Shown here piece by piece: positions 24,693-36,859 of a stretch of 64,000 bases of DNA. The stretch comes from Rhynchobatus australiae. Its lineage: Eukaryota. Location of the stretch: the NCBI GenBank assembly GCA_034780895.1, contig JAUZTB010000064.1, positions 83,934,300 through 83,998,299 on the forward strand, read 5' to 3'. Position 1 is the stretch's first letter, and each line of letters begins with the position of its first letter. Under the pieces are notes generated by a model that was given only the letters and a program-made list of their open reading frames with translations, was not told the DNA's origin and did not search any database. A program made the position numbers and the translations under genes.

Positions 24693-25544
24693 TACAGTGG
24701 GATCATCTGTCTCGATATCATATTCCCGGTCACTACTTCTACTCCTTAATGCCAATTGCATTTAGAAATTTATCTAAACACAAATTTAGGTAAATATATT
24801 CAGTGACTTGACCCTTACAGCCCTCTGTGGAAGAGAATCCTGCAGGTTCACCACCCTCTGAATGAAGAGATTTCTCCTCAGCTCAATTCTAAATGTCTGG
24901 CCCCATCTCCCGAGACTGTGACCCCTCATTCCAGACTCCCCCCAGCCAGGGAATACATCCTCCCCTCACTCAGCCTGATAGGGAAGATTAGAAGGGAGAT
25001 GAGGAAATTCTTTTTCCTCCAGTGGGTGAGAGTATTGTGGAACTCACTGCCCGAGAGGGTGGGTANNNNNNNNNNNNNNNNNNNNNNNNNNNNNNNNNNN
25101 NNNNNNNNNNNNNNNNNNNNNNNNNNNNNNNNNNNNNNNNNNNNNNNNNNNNNNNNNNNNNNNNNGGCAGGAACTCTCAGCAGCTTTACAAAGTACCTGG
25201 ATCTCTCTCATTGAATCTCCTTTTCAGCTGTGTGACAATGTGAATTTACCTCAAATATAACCAGTCTTCTGTTTTATATTTGCTCTGCTTCTTTTTCCAC
25301 AGATGTTTTCCAACCTGCTTTCTGTTTGTTTCCGACACCTTCTGCTTTCCAAATCTATTTTTACTTTCTTGATTCTGTTAGCTTCTTGATATTAGCCTCA
25401 TCAAAAGGCTTGGCAGCTTTTCAGAAGCAGCATGTGACAGATGCAAATCACAAATAAAAACAGAAATTGTTCAAAACACCCAGCAGGTCAGGCAGCATCT
25501 GTGAAATGACAGTTGGAAATGAGAAGAAACTATTAGTAAGAAAT

Positions 25545-26365
25545 CCTTAACACATCAATAATGAAATGCTCCATCATCTTCAGTGTGCCAACAGAGCCTT
25601 TGGCCATCTAAGGAAAAGAATATTTGCAGCAAATGTTCACGGTGAATCTTGCCCTCCTCTATTCATATAAGACCTGAACCACCTCCAGCAAGCAGTTAAG
25701 GAATGGGAGTGAGATCACCAACACTCTCTCTGTAAGATCCTACAAATTTACTGGAATAATACATGAACTGATGTTAGTATCCTGTGCCAGGACAATATAT
25801 CAAGCATTGAGGCCCCAAGCACATTCAGTCAGCTCTGATGGGCAGCCATGTCATTCGCATACCCAACACCAGACTCCTGAAACAGGCACTCTACTCTGAG
25901 CTCCCTCACAGCAAGAGATAACCAGATGGACAGAGGAGATGATTAAAAGACGTTCTCAAAGCCTCCTTAGAAAAGTTGCGCCAGATCATTCAGAGTGGAG
26001 AAGGGACGTTTGGGATGGCTTTGAGAACCTCAAACAATACAGACCTTTTTGAAGTCTGTGCATCAGAAGCTCACAGACGTCTTGCATAAGCAGTGGAAGG
26101 AATGCACCATCTCACAAATGACCCACTCGGCAGCACAGTCTGCCACCTCCTACCCCACTTGGCAGAGCGTGTGGGTCTCACATTCACCTCATCAGCCATC
26201 TCAGAACCCACAGAGCTGGAGTGGAACAAGATNNNNNNNNNNNNNNNNNNNNNNNNNNNNNNNNNNNNNNNNNNNNNNNNNNNNNNNNNNNNNNNNNNNN
26301 NNNNNNNNNNNNNNNNNNNNNNNNNNNNNNNNAAGTGATCATCATCCCACAGGACTGCCTAAGAA
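25545..26365 (+). mobile_element. RTE-clade LINE 3' portion
   Basis: Eroded HLQCANRAFGHLRKR, CKILQIYW, SIEA...QL*WA.HVIRIPNTRLLKQALYSEL and C-terminal SHIHLISHLRTH. Confidence 0.85.
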
Positions 26366-27216
26366 AGATATATCTACTTAATGCACCATAAACATGGAAT
26401 ACTGCACTGCGGCACATCAGTGAAGTTATTTCATGAATGACAGAGGCTCATTATGAAAGAAGTCTCAGTTCTGGGTTTGCTTTGGACTACACCTCTGAGC
26501 TTGTGAACCACTCAGTGGTAATTAGCTCTGGTTGGAGAGCACATTCCTGACCTGGGAACTTGCCATTAACATGACTTGAATACAATACATTCCTGTTGAT
26601 TTGATTCTAGAGTTTCACGTTGGTGTGAGTAAATATATGATTGGAATGGTATGTATTGTTAGTGAATATAGCCCAGAAAATGTACCCCATTCTTCCTTTT
26701 ACCAACCTTAATCCTCACAGTTTGACCAAGTATGTGTGTTTGCCATTTTATTAGCATATAGCAAAAAACGATCAGCATGCAGACAATGATTTAAGACACC
26801 ATAATACCAGCTTGTCTGCTTCACTCTGTCCAATTAAGCAAGTAACTCAGAAGCAAATTTCTGCTGCTTTTAAAAATTTTTGTAAATGTCTGCTGCTTTT
26901 AAAAAGCATTTTGAGATCCAGGTGAATGGTGGTGAGATTTAAATAGACTGGTGGGTTAGGAAAATGGATGAATGAAAAGTTGCAAACNNNNNNNNNNNNN
27001 NNNNNNNNNNNNNNNNNNNNNNNNNNNNNNNNNNNNNNNNNNNNNNNNNNNNNNNNNNNNNNNNNNNNNNNNNNNNNNNNNNNNNNNTAGGAAAATGGAT
27101 GAATGAAAAGTTGCAAACATTTTAAAGTTTTGTAAACCTGTTCAGGCCCATCTGCTCCAAGCTCTCTTCCAGAGCAGTGAATATGTGAAATGTTTCACTT
27201 TTGTCTCCAATTAATG

Positions 27217-27365
27217 GAAAATGCTGGGAAAACACAGCAATTCCGATGAAGGGTCTTCGACCTGAAACGTTTCTCTTTCCACAGATGCCACTTGACATGC
27301 TGACATATTTCCAGCATTTTCTGATGATTATTTCATACATCCACCATCTGCAGTTTTTCTCTTTG
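27217..27365 (+). mobile_element. Miniature Penelope-derived unit with inverted ends around a hammerhead-like core
   Basis: aaaatgctgggaaaacacagca ... ccgatgaagggtcttcgacctgaaacgtt ... tgctgacatatttccagcatttt. Confidence 0.7.
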
Positions 27366-28054
27366 ATTTTCATTTATTTCTGACCGTATTGTGCAAAAGA
27401 AAATACCATAATGTAATGCACAAAGCTGGTTCAGCTGGAAGAGGTTTCTGGCTTCAGGTATTCTGGGCTGAAACCCAGCCAGTAACGGAGCCCACATCAC
27501 CCCCAGAACTCAGAAGCTAACTCATGCTGCAGGACAGCTTTCACTTTTGGACCTTGGATTTTCCCTGCTGTTTTGGAAGGTATATGTGGGGAAAAGCTAA
27601 GTATACAGGAACTGCCCTATTAGCTTTTACAAGTACATTGACTCCATATAAAGAAATAACATCATTGTTATCTGGTAGCAACAGCAGCATCTCCTATGCC
27701 TGCAGCTGTCAGGCACTGGACACAAATGGAAAGCCTTAGGTCAGAAATGTTATTCACGCCACTGTTTTATATCACAAACAATGGAAGTTTGCAAAAATAA
27801 CTATTGTGTTTCTTCACGTGATAGTTGTATGGGGTCTTCCGTACTTTAGATACGGGTCCTCCACGCTTATGACACATGTTCATACCGAGGCTACTGGACA
27901 TTCATATTGATGGCAAAGCACATTTAATATTAATTTTGATGTCACTTTGTCAAAATTGAGCTGGAGGTGAGCCTGGTACCAGTTCGGGTCTTGCACATTG
28001 AGGCAGGCCTCAGCTGGAGGTTTGAGGCCTGCTTCAACAGTAGTTAAAAGATCA

Positions 28055-28295
28055 GATCTTGTGGGTGAACCCTTGATCTCTCAATTTACCTCGCCATGGC
28101 CCTTGCACTTTATTTGTCTACCTGCACCGTACTTTCTCTGAAACTGTAACACTGTATACCGCATTCTGTTTTTGTCTTTTGTGCTACTTGTACTATTTAT
28201 GTATAAAATAATCTGTCTGCATGGCATGTGAACAAAAGCTTTTCACTCTATCTTGGTAAATGTGACAATAATAAACCAATTACCAAATACCAATC
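28055..28295 (+). mobile_element. Rex1/Babar-like LINE 3' UTR
   Basis: ccttgcactttatttgtctacctgcac...aaaagcttttcactctatcttggtaaatgtgacaataataaaccaattacc; family assignment is from memory. Confidence 0.6.
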
Positions 28296-31200
28296 TTCTT
28301 TCAGCTGGATTCCTCTCTCTCTCTCCATGACCCTCTTTCTCCCCTTATAATTGTCTCTCCACCCCAGGTTGCTTCTGCAGTGCCTTCACAGAGTCATTAA
28401 GACATATATACAAAAGGTAGCCATTTATCTGCAAGGCAGCACAGTTAGACTATTTACATATTAAGACTTCAGGTTAGAAGACTAAATGCCTGCCACAATG
28501 TTATTTTGTTGCATTGCAAACCACATGACCTGTCTGTCCAGTCAGATCAAAATAACAACACATCCAGATCTCAGCTCATCTACAGTACATTCAGCAGTAG
28601 TACATGAACTCATGTGCTTTACTTCAATCCACTTTGAGGAATCATTGACCAGGACTAGGAAATTTTCATTCCATTTCTCACAAAAATCTGTGCGTACTCT
28701 CTGAAAAGACCCAGCAGACCACGACAGCAGAGGGGTTTTCAGTGGTGACAGCTTTGGCAAATATTGCATTTACACTGCCAATGATTTGAGGTTACTGTCC
28801 AAATCGGGCCAGCAAACAGAACTTCTCAAAATTACCTTCATATTGCCTATTCCGGGGTGTTTAATATGAAGTCTGACCATTTCTTTTCTCTCAACGTGGC
28901 AGGTATTACCTCTCTGTAACCCCATTTAATGCACCCTCTCACATGACAACTCACTGCAATGATAGTGGAGCAATGTCAATGAATCTGCCGCACGCAGGTC
29001 AAATTGTATAGAAATACGCATGGTATGGAAAGTCCTCATCGACTGCACAATGCACAAATCACATTTTCACTTCCAACATCAGAGCTTGCACATGTTGGTC
29101 ATTTGCAATAGTGTTCTGCTTGGAGCTTGATTGTACAGTCATAATGCGACACATGGATTTCCCAATTCCGCATCCCCAGATAACGAAGCCAGGGCCTAAT
29201 TCACTAGTTGTGGCTTATAATTTGTTTCTAGGGTAAAGGATATGCCTGATAAAATCTGATAGATTGATTCTAAACATTATTCCAGATATTTCCTTCTCAT
29301 AAAAGTGTGAAAAGCAAAAGCCTTGGATTTCTTATGCCCATCACCCACCATTTGCCTTATTACTACACCTACACTATAACTTGACACATTACATGCCAAC
29401 TTCAATCAGTGTGTTTGTAATGAGGAAGGGGAGATCCACGCTGAGCTTCCCTTAAATCCATCGTTGGTGCTTTTCTTTGCCGCTTCACATCTTTTAAACC
29501 GGCAGACCTGTGACAGGGACACGTTGCTACAGGGTAGGAGCATTACACATCTATCCAATCCAATCGGGATCATGGTATGAGCATGCAGACGGATAACGTG
29601 AGACAAGAATATCCATGCTTGAAAATACATTCCCGAGTCCACCACCAATCTTCTCTCCCTGCATGATTCTTTCTCTGTCCCACATTACTTCTTAGCATAG
29701 TCTCAAGCCCCCTATGCTGCACCTGAGTGCACTGCTTCAGCAATGGTAGGAGGTTGCGATGGAAAGGCCTCTGATCAACTTTAGACATGTGTGAGCCCCT
29801 GGATCTTGTGTGATGGAATATCATTACCTGGAGGCTTTGCACAAAACCAAAGTGGTCACACCCACACTCCTACCCTAACCCTTCCACTCTATCACACCTT
29901 TTCAGCTGTGTTACAATTTCCCAGCCCACATCTGTGTTGGANNNNNNNNNNNNNNNNNNNNNNNNNNNNNNNNNNNNNNNNNNNNNNNNNNNNNNNNNNN
30001 NNNNNNNNNNNNNNNNNNNNNNNNNNNNNNNNNNNNNNNNNCATCGCTGCTGCTGATGGCAAGACTCAGATAAATGCTCTTGCACAACTGTCTTGAGGCA
30101 ATAACCCGTTATGAGGTTCAGGTAACATTAATGAAATATATAAATTGTATCTGAACCTTTGATCAGTTACTCCAAGCTCTGTTAAACTGCATAATAAATC
30201 TTCAAACAAAAGCTGAAGTAATCCAGGCAAAAAGAAATATTACTCCAAGTATCATCTTAAGGATTTGATTCAAAATTTTCTTTAATACTTCCTTAGGGTA
30301 CATCCAGGGAGCCTTCAGTAAATTTTTATGCTTCCTTATGAACACACAAGACAATGGTGCATGTCTTTCTTAAAAGAAGTAGCTATTATTTTATCATCCA
30401 GAGGCAAAACTGATAGAATTAAGGCAGTGATTACTCTGCAAACTCTTTTCTTCTGTTAGGCATATTTTTAAGCGGTTGGTTTTCAAGGGAGGATATAATG
30501 ATGAATTACAACAATACAAATTTTGCCCATAATATTGATGTTAGTTCCTTGGTAGTTCTTTCAATATTATCATGCAGAAAGATGGATACATTGTTTTACT
30601 ATTAATGGTGCTCCCAATTCAAAACCTCCAGATTTATTAATTATTAAATAGTCGGCTGTAGCTCAGTATCACGGATCAATTATTACATATTCAGCAGATA
30701 CATTTGCTCACAGAAGCCAATGTTGTTGCACAATGTGCAGCTGTATCCACCCACATCTTATTAACTCTTTTGATTTGTGAAACTTCATTTGCTGAGTAAG
30801 TTGGAGGCAAATGAATTCAAAAGCCTTTCTGCTGGAAAATTGAGATTAAGCATAAATGATTCTCTTGTGTAAAGCAGAAAGTTCCTACATTTGCCGGTGA
30901 ACATGCTCCTCTTTTGTAAGTCCTATCAAAGGATTACATTGGATTGCATAATTTTAGCTTGATATGTTCCATAGGCCTTTACTATAAAGAATAGTATATT
31001 TATTTCATATAAAATAGAGGATAATATTGCCTTCGTTGTATCGATTGTACTTGTTACATTAGCTGCTTTTGGTTTATCCTGAGTGACTCTGGGTTCTTTA
31101 AGAAATGGTGCAATGTGTAAACATTTTGAGACTAACAGCAAAGAATTTCCTTCAAGGACATTCTACTGACGTGCTAGAATGTGAAGGGCTACTTATTTAT

Positions 31201-32677
31201 ATTTGGTGTTCCTGATGAGACCTGGGAGGAACTTCACATGAGCAGTGTTCATCTGGCACCAGGAAATCATAAGGAGAGACTGTTTAAATTTTGCAAGTAA
31301 AACCCAGAAAGCTTGGTGCAAATGCCCCTTTCACCTTCCTCAACTGTGTAAGTTGATTGCTATGAAGCATCCAAATGAATCAATGGGTCACCCCAAAGTA
31401 TCATCAAAATAATCGCAAACAAAACAGGCAATGACAGCAGGACATTCCCATGAATCATAAAATGTTTAAAGCAAATTAATCCTCCATTAAAATAATGGGG
31501 GAAGGAATTTCCCTTTTATCAGGAAGTGACATTCCGTATGAAATACAGGAAGTTATATTATGTAATGGAACTGATATCCAAAAAAGGGCTTCCTTCTGTG
31601 GTGTCCAATTCACCCAGATGCTAAATATTGGAAGCACTGGCCAAAGCTTAACTCCACCTACTTTCTGAATAGAATTAGTGGTCATTCATGTGCTTCTCTG
31701 AATGTCATGCTGACCACATTATTAGGGGCTCTAGCACCAGGTATTGTAAATTCCAGAGGTCACGGTACCAGCTCTTCCCATCTTCAGTTTACTTCTCCAA
31801 ATGTTAAGAGCTGTGTTCCTTTCATTTCCCCAGTGCTGCTAATGATTAAGCATGGGTTTCACTTTCTCCTCCCTCTTTGTGGCTTTGTGTCGCACACTGA
31901 TCCCTGCGTGAGAACAAGTGACCTCTGATGATCCCTACACTTGAACTGGCTGCCTGGAAATTTACAAAAGATGCTCAGACTAATTTGGGAAAACAAATTT
32001 GCCTCTTTCCACATTGCAAATCATAAATGCCAAGATGTTTCAACATACTGTGAGAAAAACATGAAAGTGACCACATATGGTGTTCATCACATCCTTTTTG
32101 TTTGAATATGAATGAGGAAAACACTTGCAAGTTTTGGCAAAATGGCATGAGGAGGCTGAGAACATAATTTTTCTGATGCAAAAGAAAGACAGCATGCTAA
32201 AATGTCAAGTTTGATAATGAGCTCCTTTGTGTACAGTTACTTACTGTTGAACTTTGGTAAATGAAGAAATGTTGGGATACGTTGCAATTCTGGCCTGAAA
32301 TACCAGAACATGAATGTTAGATGCATTCAAATGAAATTCAGAAACTCGCATGATCGAAGCTAAATGCAAAGGCCATTCAGCATTTCCTCCTACCCTTTCA
32401 CAGTGTCTGTCCACCCTTATCCTACAATTTCTCCTGGCCTCATATCTTCCAGCTGCCTTCAGATTCTGATTTTATCCTCTATAGTAATTTGCTCTTGGCA
32501 TAACAGTGAGGCTGGCAACATTGTCCTTATAGCCCATCTCCGATTACTCTGTGAAGGTGATGATATATCTGCGAGGTGAAAAAAATCACAGTGGTCTGGG
32601 ATCTCAGCTTTGATATTTTACATCATGTCTCACATACAAACATAAACACATGCATGCATACACACACCTACACATAT

Positions 32678-32679
<2 letters not shown>

Positions 32680-32710
<31 letters not shown>
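32680..32710. repeat. (CA)n microsatellite with degenerate CA-rich 5' flank
   Basis: Read directly from the sequence. Confidence 0.97.
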
Positions 32711-32717
<7 letters not shown>

Positions 32718-32884
32718 ACAAAATCAGAGTAACTTCACATAATGGATAGATTTGAATAATATAAATGTTCAAATAACAATTACAATAATTTTGAAATAAG
32801 GGAGTAAAATATGCTTTGGGCAGTTGTGCGAGGTAGGCACTGAAAAACTGCCGGCATCTTTTACAGATCATTTAACTTTTCCGT

Positions 32885-33155
32885 CACAGTGGCACAGCCC
32901 CAGAAACCCGGATTCAATCTGTGACTGCATGGGTTTCCTCCGGGTTCTCTGGTTCCCCCCACATCCCATAGACATTTAAATTGGGAGGTTAATTGGCCAT
33001 TGTAAATAACCCCTTGTGTGTAGGTGAGTAGTAGAATCTGGGGAAGAGTTGATGGGAATGTGAGGAGAATAAAATAGGATTATGGTAAATGGGTGGCTGA
33101 CGGTCGGCACAAAATCAGTGGGCCGATGGGCNNNNNNNNNNTCCCACTATGACTC
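32885..33155 (+). mobile_element. HE1/V-type SINE (internally deleted)
   Basis: cacagtggcacagccccagaaacccggattcaatc...gtgactgcatgggtttcctccggg...gtgtaggtgagtagtagaatctggg...ctatgactct. Confidence 0.85.
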
Positions 33156-36100
33156 TAAAATCCTCAGAAACAAAGACTGGATGCAGGGTAAAACCAGCAG
33201 ATGATTTCTTGTCCAAGATCAACTTCACTCGCTCAAACTCTCACAGGATAACAATGTAAGTAAAAACTGGGAACATGTAACAGGTTAATGATCGGTGAAG
33301 GATGACAGATGTATGTTTCAAACAGAGACCATGTGGCACAATCAGAGAAGAGGAGGGCCTACTTCTGTTTTCTCAGTTTTGATGAAATATCTCTGTCTGG
33401 GCATTTAACCTCTTTTCTTTTTTTTCCAGATACAGATAGGCTCAGTTTATGCTAATAACCTTTACTATTTTTAGTAGACACAAACCATTTCATTTTTGAC
33501 TACTGCTATGAGTCACACAATGAACCCATCACTNNNNNNNNNNNNNNNNNNNNNNNNNNNNNNNNNNNNNNNNNNNNNNNNNNNNNNNNNNNNNNNNNNN
33601 NNNNNNNNNNNNNNNNNNNNNNNNNNNNNNNNNAGTTATTCTCAACTGCCTCAGTGCCATTTCTTTGCCTTTACTTTTCTTTCCACTTTCAACAATCTCC
33701 TCAGGTTAATACTAAGGTTTCGGTAACTCTTTCCAACCTCTGCGTCCAAAGCTTAGTCATCCTATCACTTATTTCCCAATGAATATCACTAAAAGAGACT
33801 CTCACAGTCAATCATGGGATATTGTTGTCCATCAATTAGCTGCATTACAGCAACGACTACAGTTCAGAAATACTTTTGTGGCTATGACACATGCAAAAGA
33901 CTACCCAAATGGAAGTTCTTCCTTAATATCTATAATCTTTAAATTTCTAATTGAAGGTATTTTCTGAATTGTATGCTATCTTATAAATCTCATTAAAACC
34001 CTCTCTGACACATCTTATTCAAGACTTTGCAAATTTCTTTTCCTACAACCCAGTCCTCTTCAAACTTATGACCTAGAATGGTCCCGGAGATCTGGTATCT
34101 GTATAATTTCCTTCCAATGCCCACCTGTATTATGCTAGAGCTCCATCAAGCAGAATACTCAAGCTACCAAGGGAGTAAGAGATAGCTTTTGTGTGCCTTA
34201 TAGTCTCCACCAGGGAGCTGCATTAAAGGTTGAAAGAACTGGAGAAAACTGCAAAAGGACTCTTGAGAAAGAGCAAGGCCAAAATGCTTCAAGAAATTAT
34301 AAGTAGAGAGCAATTATCCAGTTAAGCTGAGTTNNNNNNNNNNNNNNNNNNNNNNNNNNNNNNNNNNNNNNNNNNNNNNNNNNNNNNNNNNNNNNNNNNN
34401 NNNNNNNNNNNNNNNNNNNNNNNNNNNNNNNNNNNNNNNNNNNNNNNNNNNNNNNNNNNNNNNNNNNNNNNNNNNNNNNNNNAAATGAATTAGACTTACA
34501 GAATTTTAGTTTGGTCAAAGGTGAAAAATAAGTTGCAGTGAGAGTAAAAAAAAAGTGTTACATAAATATTTCATGGATGGCCAAAGATAAAGATAAAAGG
34601 GCTGTGAAGGTCTTAGTTGTCTCAACAACCCCAACCATTACAGAGCAGCAATTAACAAATTACACAGAACTCTGAATTACACAGTCTGTTCTGTTGACTA
34701 AGAGTGAAAGTCATACTTAAACCATCTGCTGAGCTGGCTAGGTTAAATATTGCTCTGGATTTTGAGATGTTAGCTGTCCATTCCCATATTGTGGGTGCAC
34801 CAATGTATTACAAGCATTGGGCACCGACAAATCCCATTGCTTTGAACAGTTTCCTGGATTAAGCAATGCTCAGCCCCAGGGTTTGGCTTAGTGTAGACTT
34901 GGCTGAGATATACAAAACCTGGGGAGGTAACAACTTGCAAGTAACCACTTAAGGGTAGGTTGTAACTGTGGTGTCAAAGTCTCTAATTAGCAACTGTTTT
35001 CTTAATATTTAATGATTTGAAGNNNNNNNNNNNNNCACAGCACAGGAACAGCCCAAGATGCACCCCGATACATCCAATGGTATTTACTGAAATTCGCAAT
35101 ATTAAGAGTTATTCCTCATGGCAGATGGGGAATAGACACAGGGAGTCAGGCTCACAAAATAATTGGCCGCTGAACACATAATTGGACCAGCCAGCAGCAT
35201 TTGAAAGACAGATGTTCATCTTCACACGTCTTCCAAATAAGATTCCAAATTTTGCCTCACATGTTGGGCCACAGTAGTGTGGAATCCTGCCAGCTAATGA
35301 TTGGTGCACAGGTCGAGGATAAATGGAATTTACATCCATCTGACATGTGTCCCCAACCATCAGCAGGTGGCCAGGCTAATGAGAAAGAATTCACAAACCT
35401 TGGCTTTGGCCTTCAAACCAACAGTCAATCTGGACACTATTGAATCAGACAAGCAGATCTGTTCAGTGGAGGAAGAGAGGTCCAGCTGGGTACCCAAGCT
35501 AGGATCTGACTTGAACCTCTGTAAAATAAAAAACTATCTGTTACAATAACTCCCATTCCTCTTCTGAAGAGAACTATCAGAGTAGAGATGATCTGTTCAG
35601 CTCAATCCTGAACTATTTCCATGGCTTCTAAGCAGGTATTTTTCCAGGATTTCATTTCCCATCCCTGCTTCTCTGGAGGACATTTAAGGTGTGTCTGGAA
35701 CAGCATAGGAACCTGTAACTGTCTCTGAAATTCAGTGATCCCATACCCTGCCCCTACCATCCCCCTATGGTAACTGTGGTTGCACTGCTGGGTCAGGAGT
35801 AGAAGTTGCCAATGGAAGAATGGATGTTTTCAATGCTCCTTCCCAATTATGTTTGATCCCAGATTCTGTTCCAGTACTCCAACACACCCACTCCCCAAGA
35901 TCTTCCTCTTGGATCACATCCTATTAATGACCAAAAGCTCCCCCCAGAATGCAGATCTTGATAGTACTACTTGACCAAACATTTCTGTTCTTGTAAAACT
36001 TCCAATTCACCTTTGGAAATTCCACTGTGGACTTGCTAAAGTTCAATAATTTTCACAATTGAACAATATATTTTTATTAACTGATATTAACTGACAGGAA

Positions 36101-36859
36101 TTAAAATTGCATGGAAATTACAACAGTTTCTGAGTTTCCTGGCTGCCTTGTAATAGAGAGATCAGACTATCTCCTCTTAAAAGTATCTGCATGAATGCAA
36201 AACTGGGCCGAGATTCCCTTTTGTCAGGAGATCCCACACCTTTGGTTCATGTTGGTTTGGTAAGTACTCCTTATGAGATGAACTATATCTACCTCAGGCA
36301 CTCCATTGAGTGGAACCAGGTGGGAAAGGCTTAGTGATTTCTATAGGTTTGAGGAATAATAGATATAGTTTCATAAAGAGACAAATGAAAAATTCAAAAG
36401 CTCTTCTATCATAACAGATAAATGATGGGATTTGTCATAGTAATGGCCTATGTTAAATAATTCGGTTGATTCAGACAGAAAATATTCTCTCAGCTCTGTG
36501 TGATTATTGAACTATGTCAAAAAATACATATTTCTTGCCCTGCTTTTTATAATTATGTCAACTATCAGTCTGTTGGGTGTTTAAAATATTGATCTATGTG
36601 ACTCCATTTCTTCTTGGTCTTCTACAGATGTAATTTACAGAATATGTTATCTAAATTTTGAAGCGTCTTTCAGGCTGCAAAATCGAGCCCCATGGCACAC
36701 CTCGGGCTGATTTGCTTCCGATCTGTTGTAAATTATGCAAGTACATAGCTGGAACATGATCCATGCCAATTGCCAAATTAGGAATCTCAGTAGGCAACCA
36801 GTCGGCAATGACAGAATGAAATAAAGCTGAAGTCCAAACATTCCAAACTACACTCATCC

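Larger units (their letters stand above)
24190..24965 (-). mobile_element. Antisense CR1 3' end, interrupted by a Penelope-like insertion
   Basis: Antisense tail aataggtgcaggggtagcccattcagcc, and cagccctctgtggaagagaatcctgcaggttcaccaccctctgaatgaagagatttctcctc. Confidence 0.8.
23870..25210 (+). mobile_element. CR1 LINE 3' part, split (23870-24185 and 24975-25210) by nested insertions
   Basis: ALIRSNLEFWPAHYTRDVLALERGQERFTRML continues to tttaaagtaatc, then resumes at atagggaagattagaagggagatgagg (FFLQWVRVLWNSLPERV). Confidence 0.8.

Noticed and set aside
29406-29648. RCVMLLPCSNVSLSQVC resembles part of a RING-HC finger
   Set aside because: It lacks the first CxxC pair, the His and the later Cys residues; likely chance.
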